Assembly (NCBI GenBank): GCA_002269645.1
Contig: NIVC01000108.1
Location: 372,001-436,000, forward strand
Source of the DNA: Macrostomum lignano
Taxonomy: Eukaryota
Direction: 5' to 3'
DNA: 64,000 nucleotides
Under the pieces are notes generated by a model. The model was given only the letters and a program-made list of their open reading frames with translations, ran no database searches and was not told the origin of the DNA. How positions within the stretch are numbered: the stretch's first letter is position 1; the number at the start of each line of letters is the position of its first letter. Shown piece after piece: positions 1 through 12,290 of this stretch. Position numbers and translations under genes: made by a program.

Positions 1-859
1 TTCTGGATCACAGGTGTCCGACATGCCAGTCTCTGTGTCCGGTTTCTAGATCATACGGTGTGCCGCTGTAGTCAGACCATTGCAGGTACCAAATTTGATG
101 CAGCGGCACCTGTCAGTGATCTATCTGAGCCCCTCGAAAATCCCGAGAAAAGGCAGTTTTATAGTTAGCACAGTCTGTTTTGATGCACGACGATATCTAT
201 GAAAATTTACAGATTTTTATCCCTTTATTTTCTCTACATACTACTGATACGAATTTGGACAGTAGTGCACTGCGATAATGCGGCCAGCCAAAGTTTTGCA
301 ATTTTTCTCATCCCCATCTCTGGCCCCGCAGGACCTCGGGCGGCTCGCGGCCCGAACCTCAGCGGCTTCGTGAGACTTTAATTTTTTGTCAGTCGAGCGG
401 CGAACTCCAAAATCAGTCGGCTCTCGACGCGGTAGAGTGAAACCCATCGCTCGTTGATTTCCGTGACTTTCTCTTTCAGAAGATTTTCTTGTGCAATTGG
501 CACTTTCTTCAAAAATCGTTCGTGATAGCGCAGTTTCTGAGCTTCACTCTTTGCTAGCAAAGTCTTCCTGACCCCCCCCCCGTTGCCCGCCTCACCCGCC
601 CTCTTCATTCTTTCCCGTCTGTTTCTTGGCCTGGCTGCCGCAACTCTTAGATCCTCATCTTCAGTTTCTCAGCAAAACAAAACAAAGACCAGCGAGACAC
701 GGGCAGGCAGAGCCCGATTTCTAGCTGTTGAAATCGCGGTGACTGTAGGAGTGCGGTTGCTATTTTGTGCAAGGCAAGCTGACTGCAGCAGCAGCTCCAT
801 CACGGTGCAGTCTGCCAGTATGTACAGAGAATCTCGGGGTTCCCGGGGGGGGGGTCGAG

Positions 860-1441
860 TCAGCTGCTGTCCAGAGTCTTCATCGACTGCGACTGACCTC
901 CGGTTGAGGCTGCGGTCGCTGGCGGGTTCTGGAAATCGAACTTCTGACCTCCGCCGGCCACAAACGTTGAATCCTCGTCAGCAGCCTCCAGCTGCGGCGG
1001 CTCTGGCGGCTGCTGCGTCTGCCCGAAGGAAGCTCCCGGACAGCGGGCCGACAACTCCTCGTCCACCTCTTGGATTTCCTGGAAGGTGACCGGCTGCGTC
1101 TTGTAGCGCTCCTGCCGCGCCCGCCGGGCCGCCTTGCCGCGCTGTGGCCGCCGGCGCAGCGGCACCGCCACCTCGTTGACGCCGGCAGCCGCGGCGGCCG
1201 CCACCGCTGCCGCAGCGCCAGGGGCGGCCGGTCTCGGATTGAAGTAGAGCGGGTCCGCCACCACCGACCGCTTCGAAGCCGCGGCGGCGGCGACGGCTGC
1301 AGCAACCGCAGCCGACGTTGCCTCCGAAGCGGCGTCAAGTTGATGGCGCCGGCGAACCGGATTCGGGCTGCGGAAGACGGGCGGCGGCACCCGTGGCGGG
1401 AAAATGTCGTCGCAGCCGCCCGCTGCCCCCGGCGCGTCCAT
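860..1441 (-). CDS. Small Ala-rich protein (193 aa) with a MYPT1/PPP1R12 inhibitory-phosphosite-like motif
   Basis: ATG at 1441 is in frame in ORF 860..1600; GC-rich coding-like codons. It contains KAARRARQERYKTQPVTFQEIQEVDEE, which resembles MYPT1 KARSRQARQSRRSTQGVTLTDLQEAE (recalled). Extra exons are not excluded. Confidence 0.55.
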   Translation of the reverse strand: MDAPGAAGGCDDIFPPRVPPPVFRSPNPVRRRHQLDAASEATSAAVAAAVAAAAASKRSVVADPLYFNPRPAAPGAAAAVAAAAAAGVNEVAVPLRRRPQRGKAARRARQERYKTQPVTFQEIQEVDEELSARCPGASFGQTQQPPEPPQLEAADEDSTFVAGGGQKFDFQNPPATAASTGGQSQSMKTLDSS

Positions 1442-4400
1442 GGCTGACTGGCCGCCTGCTTGACTGGCTTGACTCGAGTGTCGCGTTCGTCCGCTTGGCC
1501 GGGCCGGTGCGCGCAGGAGGAGCTCCGGCCGGGAGCGGGGGCGGAGGCGGCGCTTATTTAAAAAGGCGAAAGGAGGCACAGGGGGATTGGCTTCGTTCAA
1601 TCCTCAGCCTCTTCGCTTCTCTGAAGGGTTGGAGTTGGGGATGGCGCCTACTTTGATGGGGCAGAGAGGCTGGAAGGTGCAATCGTCGCTCGCCGGCAGG
1701 GGCGGGTGGGGGCAAACAGAGGAGGGAAAGCAGAGGCTGCGCTGGCGCCTCCTCCCTTAACTCGCAGCGATCGGCAGCCCCCGCGGGCCGTCAGGGCGCA
1801 TACATAATCTTCTTCAGCCTGCTTCATCTTCTTCCTTTCTTGCGCATCCGCCCACTCCCAGAAATCCGAACTTTTTTTTCGCCACAGCCTCCTCGCCATC
1901 GCCTGTTTTGCCCCGGCTCCCCGTCAGTCCCCGCCCTGTTTCCCCCGGGCTTTGACTCACGGGCTCCCGGCGCGTGTTGCGCCTGCGGATTGAGGCGCAT
2001 CCCGCCGCTGCCACCAGCCCGCCCAGAGCTGCACCCGAAGGCCTGCCTTCCCAAGTCCCGTCTTCCCATTCTCGGCCTTCCTGCCCGCGCCCCTGTCGCG
2101 CCCTCCGCTGCTTCGGCTGGCAACCAGCAGTGACTCCATATTGGAGCGCTCAGCCCCGGGGCGGCGCGCGGATGTGGGAAGCAAATCCAGAATTTGTGTA
2201 GACAGGAAGACACAGCCGGAAAGTCCGCGACCCCCCGTGTGGGAAACACAGATCCCAGCATTGCTGGCCCCCGGTTTCTTCATTTTTCCTACTAAAAGCA
2301 ATCAGCCCGCGCCAGAGTTCTCTTCCCCCATCTGCTTCTCCCCTCTCGCTTTCTGGGACGCCGTCAACTTTTCTAGGCCTGGTGCGTGCAGGACCGAACG
2401 AAGCCTGCGTTGCTACATTGATGCAGTCGAGCGATCCGCCCAGTTGAACCCGCTTCCCCATCCCCTGAAGCGGCAAATGCGGATCCCCCATATGGTGCTC
2501 CCGCTCCCCAGGCTGCCGCTCATCACTTGGTCTCGCATCTCCATCCGCTCCATCATGTCTGTTTTCTTACTTTCTGCCCAGCCTTTTTTACTTTTCCACC
2601 ACACTTACATGCGGGCATGGCGGGGTCCAGTATTGGCTGCGGCGAACATCTTAGCGTGATTCTATGCAGTGCATGCATGCCCTCCTCTCTGTTCTCTCTT
2701 ATCCCTGTAAGCAGGTCCAGCTTGTTCCTAAGTTGTGCTGGAGGTTATGTTGCTTTGAACCAGAGTCGACCCCCCGCATGGTTTTCTTGTTTTTGCACAG
2801 CTGACGCTGCTATTCAATTTTAGTCGTTTAAACCAAATCAGCTGGTTTTTTGTTTACACGCATGAATGACTTTGCATGTACGATTAAACACGAATAATTT
2901 TATGCCGTGCCAGTAAAAACGATTATATATTAATGTTTTATAGCAACTGCTGTCGTTATTTTGCCTAGAAGGTGGCGATGATTAATTTATTTGCTTTGAC
3001 ATTCTGTATTGTCGATCCACTTAAAATAAATGCAGTGAAAAATATGTGACTTTCAGATCAATTTTTTCTGGACTTTGTTTTCGTCCTGACTCTTGATCCT
3101 TCAATAAATGAGGAAATTGGATCAAGTTTCAATTGTAAATGTACATGTAGACCTCCACTGTCAAAGTTTCGATTGAGTGTGGTCTTCAGCTAGTTTAGCT
3201 TCAGGGACAAACGAAGCGTGCGTTACAGTGCTGTAATCCTTTTTGGTGCATTATTCTCCTAAATGAGTTTATGACCTTTGGCATAGAAACGATTGAACTT
3301 TTTTAAATAAGCTCATGTTCAACAAATCATAATTTCATGCTCGTGTAAAAAGGAATTGCATGGCTTAAAATCACGAAATTTGTTTTTTTTGCAACCAGGT
3401 AGAACGAAGAATGTTCGAGCTAATTGATTTTAGCTTCTCCGTTGTAAATGTCTACGCGGCTTGCCTCGCTAACTTGTAGATTTAAATCGAGCACGGTTTT
3501 GAAACGCAGCCATTTAAAACAAACAAAAAACGAAATAATTTTAATTACCTATTTTTAAACATAGAGTTGATACAGTCAAAGATAGAAACTATTTAAAATA
3601 ATTTTTTATTTTTATATGCGAACAATTGTTCTTTTATTGCTATTGACACTGAAATATTCAACTACTGCTCCCAAGAACGAATAAAAATTTCAGTTTAAAA
3701 AGCGATTTGGCTTTACATTATCGCTTTTGTTTCTAGAACCTAAGCTATCCGATAAAGTGTTCCCTATAGGAACTTAGTAGAGACAAATAGGCCTAGTTAA
3801 TAGGTTTTTAAGAATCTGAAGCTTCTAACTGGGTACAGCTATTGTAATTTTTAATTTCCTAGTGCGTCGCGGTTATTAGATATTGGACGAGCAAGATGCA
3901 TGATAACTGATAACTTATGAAACGTTATCCTCATTACAATCAAATAAATTTAGTCCAAAGTCATTCTTATTGTGCTTTTTACTGCTGTAGTTCGAAATTA
4001 TTTTTTAAAACATCAATTTGCAAAATAGCAAAAATAACATTTCTTTTTATTGCTGTCATTCTTTAATGAAAAAGCTCAATAAGCTGTACATATTTTTCTT
4101 ATTACTTCGTATTTTTTAACCTAACGTAAATCTAGTCTGATTCAGTACCTACTTCCAAAGAAAAAATATGAAACAATATTTCAAGATTGAACTTCATTTT
4201 TTGTCTCTTATTTAGTACGTATATAGGAGATTTTATCATTACAAATTAAAATTATCAGTATTCTTGTGAGTAAAAAAAACATTTAAATTCTTTTATAACT
4301 CAGTAGTATATTTAGACGAGTATTTCTATTATTTCTCCTTGTAATTCAGACAAAAATTCTCTGAACTACGGTACTTGTGCTTGCTTATCATACACAATAT

Positions 4401-4445
4401 TTTTTGCTTTGCGCTGCTAAATCTTTATTCTATTTTCAGTGCTAT

Positions 4446-7400
4446 ATGGATACGAAAATCGCTAGCAATGGCCAGAAAAGCTATAAACAAGAAAAGGAGT
4501 CCTCAATTGAAACCGAGGATTCGGACCTGTCGCCGCTAGTCGAGGAATATCCTGCGGTCAGCGTCGAGTGGGGCGACGCGGATGTTGAGAAAATCGAAGG
4601 TAATTCAGCATTGTTCAATACTGTTGCATACCGGTTTGCAAATACTGTTGTTGCAAACATCGCAAATATGATTTGGTTTTAAAAATGCTATAGAAAACCC
4701 ACCGGAGGCGCTCTACCCGGCCATTGGGGACGCCCTTCGGTCCGGCCTGTCTGGCGAGTCATTGTGTCGCAGTTTCTGCGGCGGGAGGAACTGCAAATAC
4801 TGCTGCCCGGAGGGGCGCTTCCACAGGGACTGCTTCGCCATACAGGGCCTGTACTCGCACTGGTGAGCAGCAGGCAGCTAAGCAGAAGGCGGTTCCTAGA
4901 TGCCTTCGCAATGTATTGATTTAAATTTCCTATGATGAAAATAACACAGCAGCAATTGCCGCCCCTCTTACTCTTATTGACAGGGTTACCCCAGAAATTC
5001 TGGCTATGAGCCGGCCAAGCGATGAAGCAATAAAACAGTTTGACATCATTAAACAACTCACTGAGTAAGACTTTTTGAGCAACAGGTGGTAAAATTCATA
5101 GCAACCGGAAGCAACAGTAGATTCATAGCAACCGGAAGCAGCAGTAGATTCATGGCAACCGGAAGCTAGATTCATAGCAACCGCAAGCTAGATTCATAGC
5201 AACCGGAAGCAACAGTAGATTCATAGCAACCGGAAGCTAGATTCATAGCAACAGGAAGCTAGATTCAAAACAACCGGAAGCTAGATTCATAACAACCGCA
5301 AGCTATATTCATAGCAACCGGAAGCAACAGTAGATTCATAGCAAACGGAAGCAGCAGTAGATTCATAGCAACCGAAAGCTAGATTCATAGCAACCGCAAG
5401 CTAGATTCATAACAACCGCAAGCTAGATTCATAACAACCGGAAGCTAGATTCATAACAACCGGAAGCAACAGTAGATACATAGCAACCGGAAGCTAGATT
5501 CATAGCAACCGGAAGCAGCAGTAGATTCATGGCAACCGGAAGCTAGATTCATAGCAACCGGAAGCTAGATTCATAACAACCGCAAGCTAGATTCATAGCA
5601 ACCGCAAGCTAGATTCATAGCAACCGGAAGCAACAGTAGATTCATAGCAACCGGAAGCTAGATTCATAGCAACCGGAAGCTAGATTCATAGCAACAGGAA
5701 GCTAGATTCATAGCAACCGCAAGCTAGATTCATAACAACCGCAAGCTAGATTCATAGCAACCGCAAGCTAGATTCATAACAACCGCAAGCTAGATTCATA
5801 ACAACCGCAAGCTAGATTCATAGCAACCGGAAGCAACAGTAGATTCATAGCAAACGGAAGCAGCAGTAGATTCATCAGGAAGCTAGATTCATAGCAACAG
5901 GAAGCTACATTCATAGCAACCGAAAGCTAGATATAGGAACCGGAAGCTAGATTCATAGCAACCGGAAGTTAGATATAGGAACCGGAAGCTAGATTCATAG
6001 CAACAGGAAGCTAGATTCATAGCAACCGAAAGCTAGATATAGGAACCGGAAGCTAGATTCATAGCAACCGGAAGCTAGATATAGGAACCGGAAGCTAGAT
6101 TCATAGCAACCGGAAGCTAGATTCATAGCAACTGGAAGCAGCAGTAGATTCATGGCAACCGGAAGCTAGACTCATAGCAACCGGAAGCAGCAGTAGATTC
6201 ATAGCAAACGGAAGCAGCAGTAGATTCATAGCAACCGGAAGCTAGATTCATAACAACCGCAAGCTAGATTCATAGCAACCGGAAGCAACAGTAGATTCAT
6301 AGCAACCGGAAGCTAGATTCATAACAACCGGAAGCTAGATTCATAACAACCGGAAGCAACAGTAGATACATAGCAACCGGAAGCTAGATTCATAGCAACC
6401 GGAAGCAGCAGTAGATTCATAGCAACCGGAAGCAACAGTAGATTCATAGCAACCGGAAGCTAGATTCATAGCAACAGGAAGCTAGATTCAAAACAACCGG
6501 AAGCTAGATTCATAACAACCGGAAGCTAGATTCATAGCAACCGGAAGCAACCGTTTGACAGTAGATTCATAGCAAACGGAAGCAGCAGTAGATTCATAGC
6601 AACCGAAAGCTAGATTCATAGCAACAGGATGCTAGATTCATAGCAACAGGAAGCTATATTCATAGCAACCGAAAGCTAGATATAGGAACCGGAAGCTAGA
6701 TTCATAGCAACCGGAAGCTAGATATAGGAACCGGAAGCTAGATTCATAGCAACAGGAAGCTAGATTCATAGCAACCGAAAGCTAGATATAGGAACCGGAA
6801 GCTAGATTCATAGCAACCGGAAGCTAGATATAGGAACCGGAAGCTAGATTCATAGCAACCGGAAGCTAGATTCATAGCAACTGGAAGCAGCAGTAGATTC
6901 ATGGCAACCGGAAGCTAGACTCATAGCAACCGGAAGCAGCAGTAGATTCATAGCAACCGGAAGCTAGACTCATAGCAACCGGAAGCAGCAGTAGATTCAT
7001 AGCAACCGGAAGCAGCAGTAGATTCATAGCAACCGGAAGCAGCAGTAGATTCATAGCAACTGGAAGCAGCAGTAGATTCATAGCAACCGGAAGCAGCAGT
7101 AGATTCATAGCAACCGGAAGCAGCAGTAGATTCATAGCAACCGGAAGGCCATCGCCACACCGCTCCCAGGCACAGCGTCAAGTCGGTGTTCTGTGTGCAG
7201 GAGCCGCACGAGCACGCGCACTGCGGCCGCGGCCTGCTGGGCCCTATTCCTACGACCAGACCGAGCTGATGCGCCACGGCATCAGCGTGTACAACCTGTA
7301 CTGGGCCGATTACACCTGCCCGAGCTTCTACCGGATGCTGGATCTTGTCCGGGTGATGCAGTTCGCCCTAACCGAGGGCCGCATCGCCGTGCACTGCCAC

Positions 7401-10400
7401 GCCGGGCTGGGCCGCACCGGCCTCGCCATCGCCTGCCTGCTGGTGTTCAGCCGCCGGCTCAGCCCCGCCCTGGCCATCGCCTACCTGCGGCTGAAGCGGC
7501 CCGGCTCGGTGCAGTCGCATGCTCAGGTGAGCAGCTGGTGGGACGTGGGGGGGCAACTGTGTTGGCCAGAGTGCTGAAGACAACTGGGTGACTTCTAAAT
7601 AACATCTGCATGACACCAAAGTGGTGGCAAAGTGACAACACTTCGATGACAACTAAGTGACGGCTGAGTAACAAGAGAGTGATTTTGGAGTAACAAATGA
7701 GTGACATCTGAGTGATATCAGAGTAAAATCTAAAGCCCCCAAATATAATCGCATCTAAATAACATTCAAATGACAGCAGAGTGACACCTTTTTGACAACT
7801 GTGTGACACCCGAGTGACAACTGTGTGACACCCGAGTGACAACTGTGTGACACCCGAGTGACAACTGTGTGACACCCGAGTGACAACTGTGTGACACCCG
7901 AGTGACAACTGTGTGACACCCGAGTGACAACTGTGTGACACCCGAGTGACAACTGTGTGACACCCGAGTGACAACTGTGTGACACCCGAGTGACAACTGT
8001 GTGACACCGAGTGACAACTGTGTGACACCCGAGTGACAACTGTGTGACACCCGAGTGACAACTGTGTGACACCCGACTGACAACTGTGTGACACCCGAGT
8101 GACAACTGTATGACACCCGAGTGACAACTGTGTGACATCCGAGTGACAACTGTGTGACACCCGAGTGACAACTGAGCATAAAATCCGGCAGCCATTGAAT
8201 GCCCGCCCCGCCACTCGTCGGCAACCCCAGGTGGCCGGTGTCCGGGAATTCTCCAAGCGCATTCGCATCCTGCTGGTGCAGTGGCCGGACCGAGGCCTGG
8301 CGGCCTGCGGGCACCGGTTCTCCTACGAGGAGCATCTCCACAGGCAGCGGGCGCTACTGCACGGCGTCGCGGCCAGGAAGCTGCGCCGGCTGTCGCTGCT
8401 GGTGCACACAGTCTGCACCCGGCTGCTGCAGCTGTCGCTGGGCGCGGACAGGTTCGCTTTGGTTAAAGAAACGGGCTGCGGGGCGCGGACAGGATCGCTT
8501 TGGTTAAAGAAACGGGCTGCGGGGCGCGGACAGGATCGCTTTGGTTAAAGAAACGGGCTGCGGGGCGCGGACAGGATCGCTTTGGTTAAAGAAACGGGCT
8601 GCGGGGCGCGGACAGGATCGCTTTGGTTAAAGAAACGGGCTGCGGGGCGCGGACAGGATCGCTTTGGTTAAAGAAACGGGCTGCGGGGCGCGGACAGGAT
8701 CGCTTTGGTTAAAGAAACGGGCTGCGGGGCGCGGGCAGGTTCGCTTTGGTTAAAGAAACGGGCTGCGGGGCGCGGACAGGATCGCTTTGGTTAAAGAAAC
8801 GGGCTGCGGGGCGCGGACAGGTTCGCTTTGGTTAAAGAAACGGGCTGCGGGGCGCGGGCACCCTGGCGCATCGCCTGCGCCGAAATTTCAGCGGCAATTC
8901 AGCCCGTTCCGCTGGCTGCTGAGCACATTGAAGCGCGCCAATACTGAGCACAGGCACCACTCACACACGCTCACCCAGGGTGCACAAGCAGACCTTTCAC
9001 TTTCTAAACGTCAGGGCCAAGGCCTACTCAAGTAGAAGGACGGGAAATTACGTTTCTAAATGTTTGTGAAGATTCTGAACGAAAAGCTTTTTAAATATCA
9101 ATAGAGCTGAAAGAAAGGCACAGCATATGAAAAGGTGAACATTGGATCTGCCTCCTATCAAATGCAATAACAATTTTTGTTCTGAAAAACTGAAAACTTC
9201 CTATCTCCGCAGTGTATTTTTCAGGCAGAATCCAGCCTCATAAACATATTCCAAGAAACGAGGTTTCTCGTCCTACTTGAGTAGCCCTTGCGTCAGACAT
9301 GTGCACCCTCTGTGCCTTGGGAATCGGCCCTCACGAGGTGTGAATCTCAGGACAACCCGCACGCCAACTTCCGTGCGCACAAGCCTCAAGTGAATGCGGC
9401 CGTCTTCTCCCCATGCAACCCCATGCACTTCAGTGTTGTGGAAAAAATTTCGAAGGCCTAAAAATTCATTGGCTTAACTGATATTTATCAACAGCTGGTG
9501 GACTTTTGAAGGTCATTTGAAGCTTGGTCCGAGGCGGTTTCACAATTTCTATAACAGATTTTGCATTTGGATGCTCTGGCATCTGCACAGAATTGTCCGG
9601 AAATTAAGTACAGCTTGACCGCCCTTCCTGTTGCCAGGCGGCTCACCCTCGAGGCCGTCCTCGCCGCAACCTCGGAGCTGGCGGCTGCCGCTGCTCCGCC
9701 ACGGCTTGATGACGAGCTGAAAGTCTGGCGGGACCGCCTGAACTCGGAGGGCAGCTACCGGCCTGTGCTGCACTGCCAGGACCCCGGCAGGCTGTTCCGC
9801 TTCCTGCTCTGCTGGCTGTGGGAACTCAAGGCCGCTGCCGTCACCAGGCAGGTGAGCACTGACCCACTGACCCACCACTGCTCTGGCCCACCACTGCTCT
9901 GACCCACCATTGCTCTGACCAACTGACCCATTGACCCATTGACCCATATTGATCCTCTGACCAAACTGACCCACTGACCCATTGACCCATATTGATCCTC
10001 TGACCAAACTGACCCACTGACCCATTGACCATTGACCCATATTGATCCTCTGACCAAACTGACCCACTGACCCATTGACCCATATTGATCCTCTGACCAA
10101 ACTGACCCACTGACCCATTGACCATTGACCCATATTGATCCTCTGACAAAACTGACCCACTGACCCATTGACCATTGACCCATATTGATCCTCTGTCCAA
10201 ACTGACCCACTGACCCATTGACCATTGACCCATATTGATCCTCTGACCAAACTGACCCATTGACCCATTAACCTTCTAACCCATTGACCCTCTGACTCAC
10301 TAGCACACTGTGACTAATTGACCCATTGACCCATAATGACCCTCTGACACACTGACCCATTAAACCTCTGAAACACTGCCACACTGACCCACTGACACAC

Positions 10401-11207
10401 TGACCGACTGCCCCACTGACCCACTGACTCACTGATCAACTGACCTACTGACGTACTGATACATTGACCCAGTGATCCACTGACCCACTGCCCCAATGAC
10501 CCACTGACTCACTGCCCCAATGACCCACTGCCCCAATGACCCACTGACCCACTGCCCCAATGACCCACTGACCCACTGCCCCAATGACCCACTGACCCAC
10601 TGCCCCAATGACCCACTGACCCACTGCCCCAATGACCCACTGCCCCAATGACCCACTGACCCACTGCCCCAATGACCCACTGACCCACTGCCCCAATGAC
10701 CCACTGCCCCACTGACTGCCCGGTGGCCACCCGCAGCACATCTCGATCCTGCTGGCCTCCCCGACCATCACGGCCGGCCTGGGCGGCCTGAGCAGCCTCA
10801 CTGCCACGCTGCTCCGCTACTGCGCGGTTTTCCTTCTGCGCTTCGGCGCTGGCGGCCAGCACGCCATGGACGACCTGGAGGAGGCCGTCATGCTGCGCCT
10901 GTTGTCCGGCCTCACGCAGACCGGCCTGGCCGCCTGGGACACCGCGAATGGCCGCGGCTACCCGGCATTCGCCAAGTACTTCGCCAGCTTCTTGGACTTC
11001 ACCGAGTGCCTGGTGGAGCGGCCGGGCGTCGGGCCGTTCCGGGCCTGGGCGGCGCCGCTCGGGCGGCTGTGCGGCGAGCCGCGCGAGGCCGAGGAGGAGG
11101 AGCTGCGGGCTGAGGAGGCGCGCGAGATCGCCGAGAAGGAGCTGCCCTATGGGGAGGCGATGGCGCTGGACGGGGATGCGGAAGAGAGGCTGGGAGCTGA
11201 GGAGTAG
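4446..11207 (+). CDS. PTPDC1: Protein tyrosine phosphatase domain-containing protein 1 (dual-specificity phosphatase), 7 exons, one apparent frameshift
   Basis: Exons 4446-4599, 4694-4862, 4984-5064, 7170-7526, 8231-8451, 9638-9851, 10737-11207, all GT-AG with matching phases. Motifs CGGRNCKY, LYSHWVTPEILAMSRPS, EHAHCG, catalytic VHCHAGLGRTG and RQRALLHG match PTPDC1. A 1-nt frame discrepancy lies at about 7239-7245. Confidence 0.85.
5094..7147. repeat. Intronic minisatellite with 22-bp and 28-bp variant units (GCAACCGGAAGCTAGATTCATA / GCAACCGGAAGCAGCAGTAGATTCATA)
   Basis: About 2 kb tandem array filling PTPDC1 intron 3 (5065-7169). Confidence 0.95.
7780..8175. repeat. Intronic 22-bp minisatellite (GTGACAACTGTGTGACACCCGA)
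   Basis: About 17 near-perfect copies in PTPDC1 intron 4, with degenerate copies upstream. Confidence 0.95.
8440..8858. repeat. 41-bp minisatellite overlapping the exon 5 splice donor of PTPDC1
   Basis: Unit GGTTAAAGAAACGGGCTGCGGGGCGCGGACAGGATCGCTTT, period 41 (8461 to 8502), about 10 copies; each unit includes the last exon bases GGCGCGGACAG. Confidence 0.9.
9018..9290. mobile_element. MITE-like element with about 60-bp imperfect terminal inverted repeats
   Basis: Left CAAGGCCTACTCAAGTAGAAGGACGGGAAA..CGTTTCT..ATGTTT..ATTCTG versus right CAGAATC..AAACAT..AGAAACG..TTTCTCGTCCTACTTGAGTAGCCCTTG. Both flanks contain CGTCAG, a possible degenerate TSD. Confidence 0.6.
9858..10715. repeat. Composite CTGACCCA-core minisatellite in PTPDC1 intron 6
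   Basis: Units ACTGACCCACTGACCCATTGACCCATATTGATCCTCTGACCAA then CCACTGCCCCAATGACCCACTGAC; the array starts just after donor 9852 and ends just before acceptor 10736. Confidence 0.9.
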
Positions 11208-11224
11208 AGCCTTCGATTGGTGTG

Positions 11225-12290
11225 TTTGGCATGAATTTGAGTGGATTGACGTGGATTGGTTTGGTTGATGTGGGTTATTGTGGGTTGGTTTAGGATTGGT
11301 GTGGATTGGTGTGTGCTGGTGTGGATTGGTGTGTGCTGATGTGGATTGGTGTGTGTTGATGTGGATTGGTGTGTGCTGATGTGGATTGGTGTGGGTTGAT
11401 GTGGATTGGTATGTGTTGATGTGGATTGGTGTATGCTGATGTGGATTGGTGTGTGCTGATGTGGATTGGTGTGTGCTGATGTGGATTGGTGTGGGTTGAT
11501 GTGGATTGGTATGTGTTGATGTGGATTGGTGTATGCTGATGTGGATTGGTGTGTGCTGATGTGGATTGGTGTATGCTGATGTGGATTGGTGTGTGCTGAT
11601 GTGGATTGGTGTGGGTTGATGTGGATTGGTGTGGGTTGATGTGGATTGGTGTGGGTTGATGTGGATTGGTGTGGGTTGATGTGGATTGGTGTGTGCTGAT
11701 GTGGATTGGTGCGTGTTGATGTGGATTGGTGTGTGCTGATGTGGATTGGTGCGTGTTGATGTGGATTGGTGTGTGTTGATGTGGATTGGTGTGTGCTGAT
11801 GTGGATTGGTGCGTGTTGATGTGGATTGGTGTGTGCTGATGTGGATTGGTGTGTGCTGATGTGGATTGGTGCGTGTTGATGTGGATTGGTGCGTGTTGAT
11901 GTGGATTGGTGTGTGTTGATGTGGATTGGTGTGTGCTGATGTGGATTGGTGCGTGTTGATGTGGATTGGTGTGTGCTGATGTGGATTGGTGTGTGCTGAT
12001 GTGGATTGGTGTGGGTTGATGTGGATTGGTGTGTGTTGATGTGGATTGGTGTGTGCTGATGTGGATTGGTGTGTGCTGATGTGGATTGGTGTGGGTTGAT
12101 GTGGATTGGTGTGTGCTGATGTGGATTGGTGTGTGCTGATGTGGATTGGTGTGGGTTGATGTGGATTGGTGTGTGCTGATGTGGATTGGTGTGTGCTGAT
12201 GTGGGTTGATGTGGATTGGTGTGCACTGCTGTGGATTGGTGTGGATTGGTGTGGACTGGTGTAGATTCGTGTGGACTGGTGTGGATCCCG
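11225..12290. repeat. 20-bp minisatellite (GTGGATTGGTGTGTGCTGAT) immediately 3' of the PTPDC1 stop
   Basis: About 45 tandem copies with few variants. Confidence 0.95.

Noticed and set aside
1814-2823. GC-rich ORFs (e.g. 2141..2659, 1824..2261)
   Set aside because: No recognisable homology or consistent splice structure; probably promoter or 5'UTR DNA between divergent genes.
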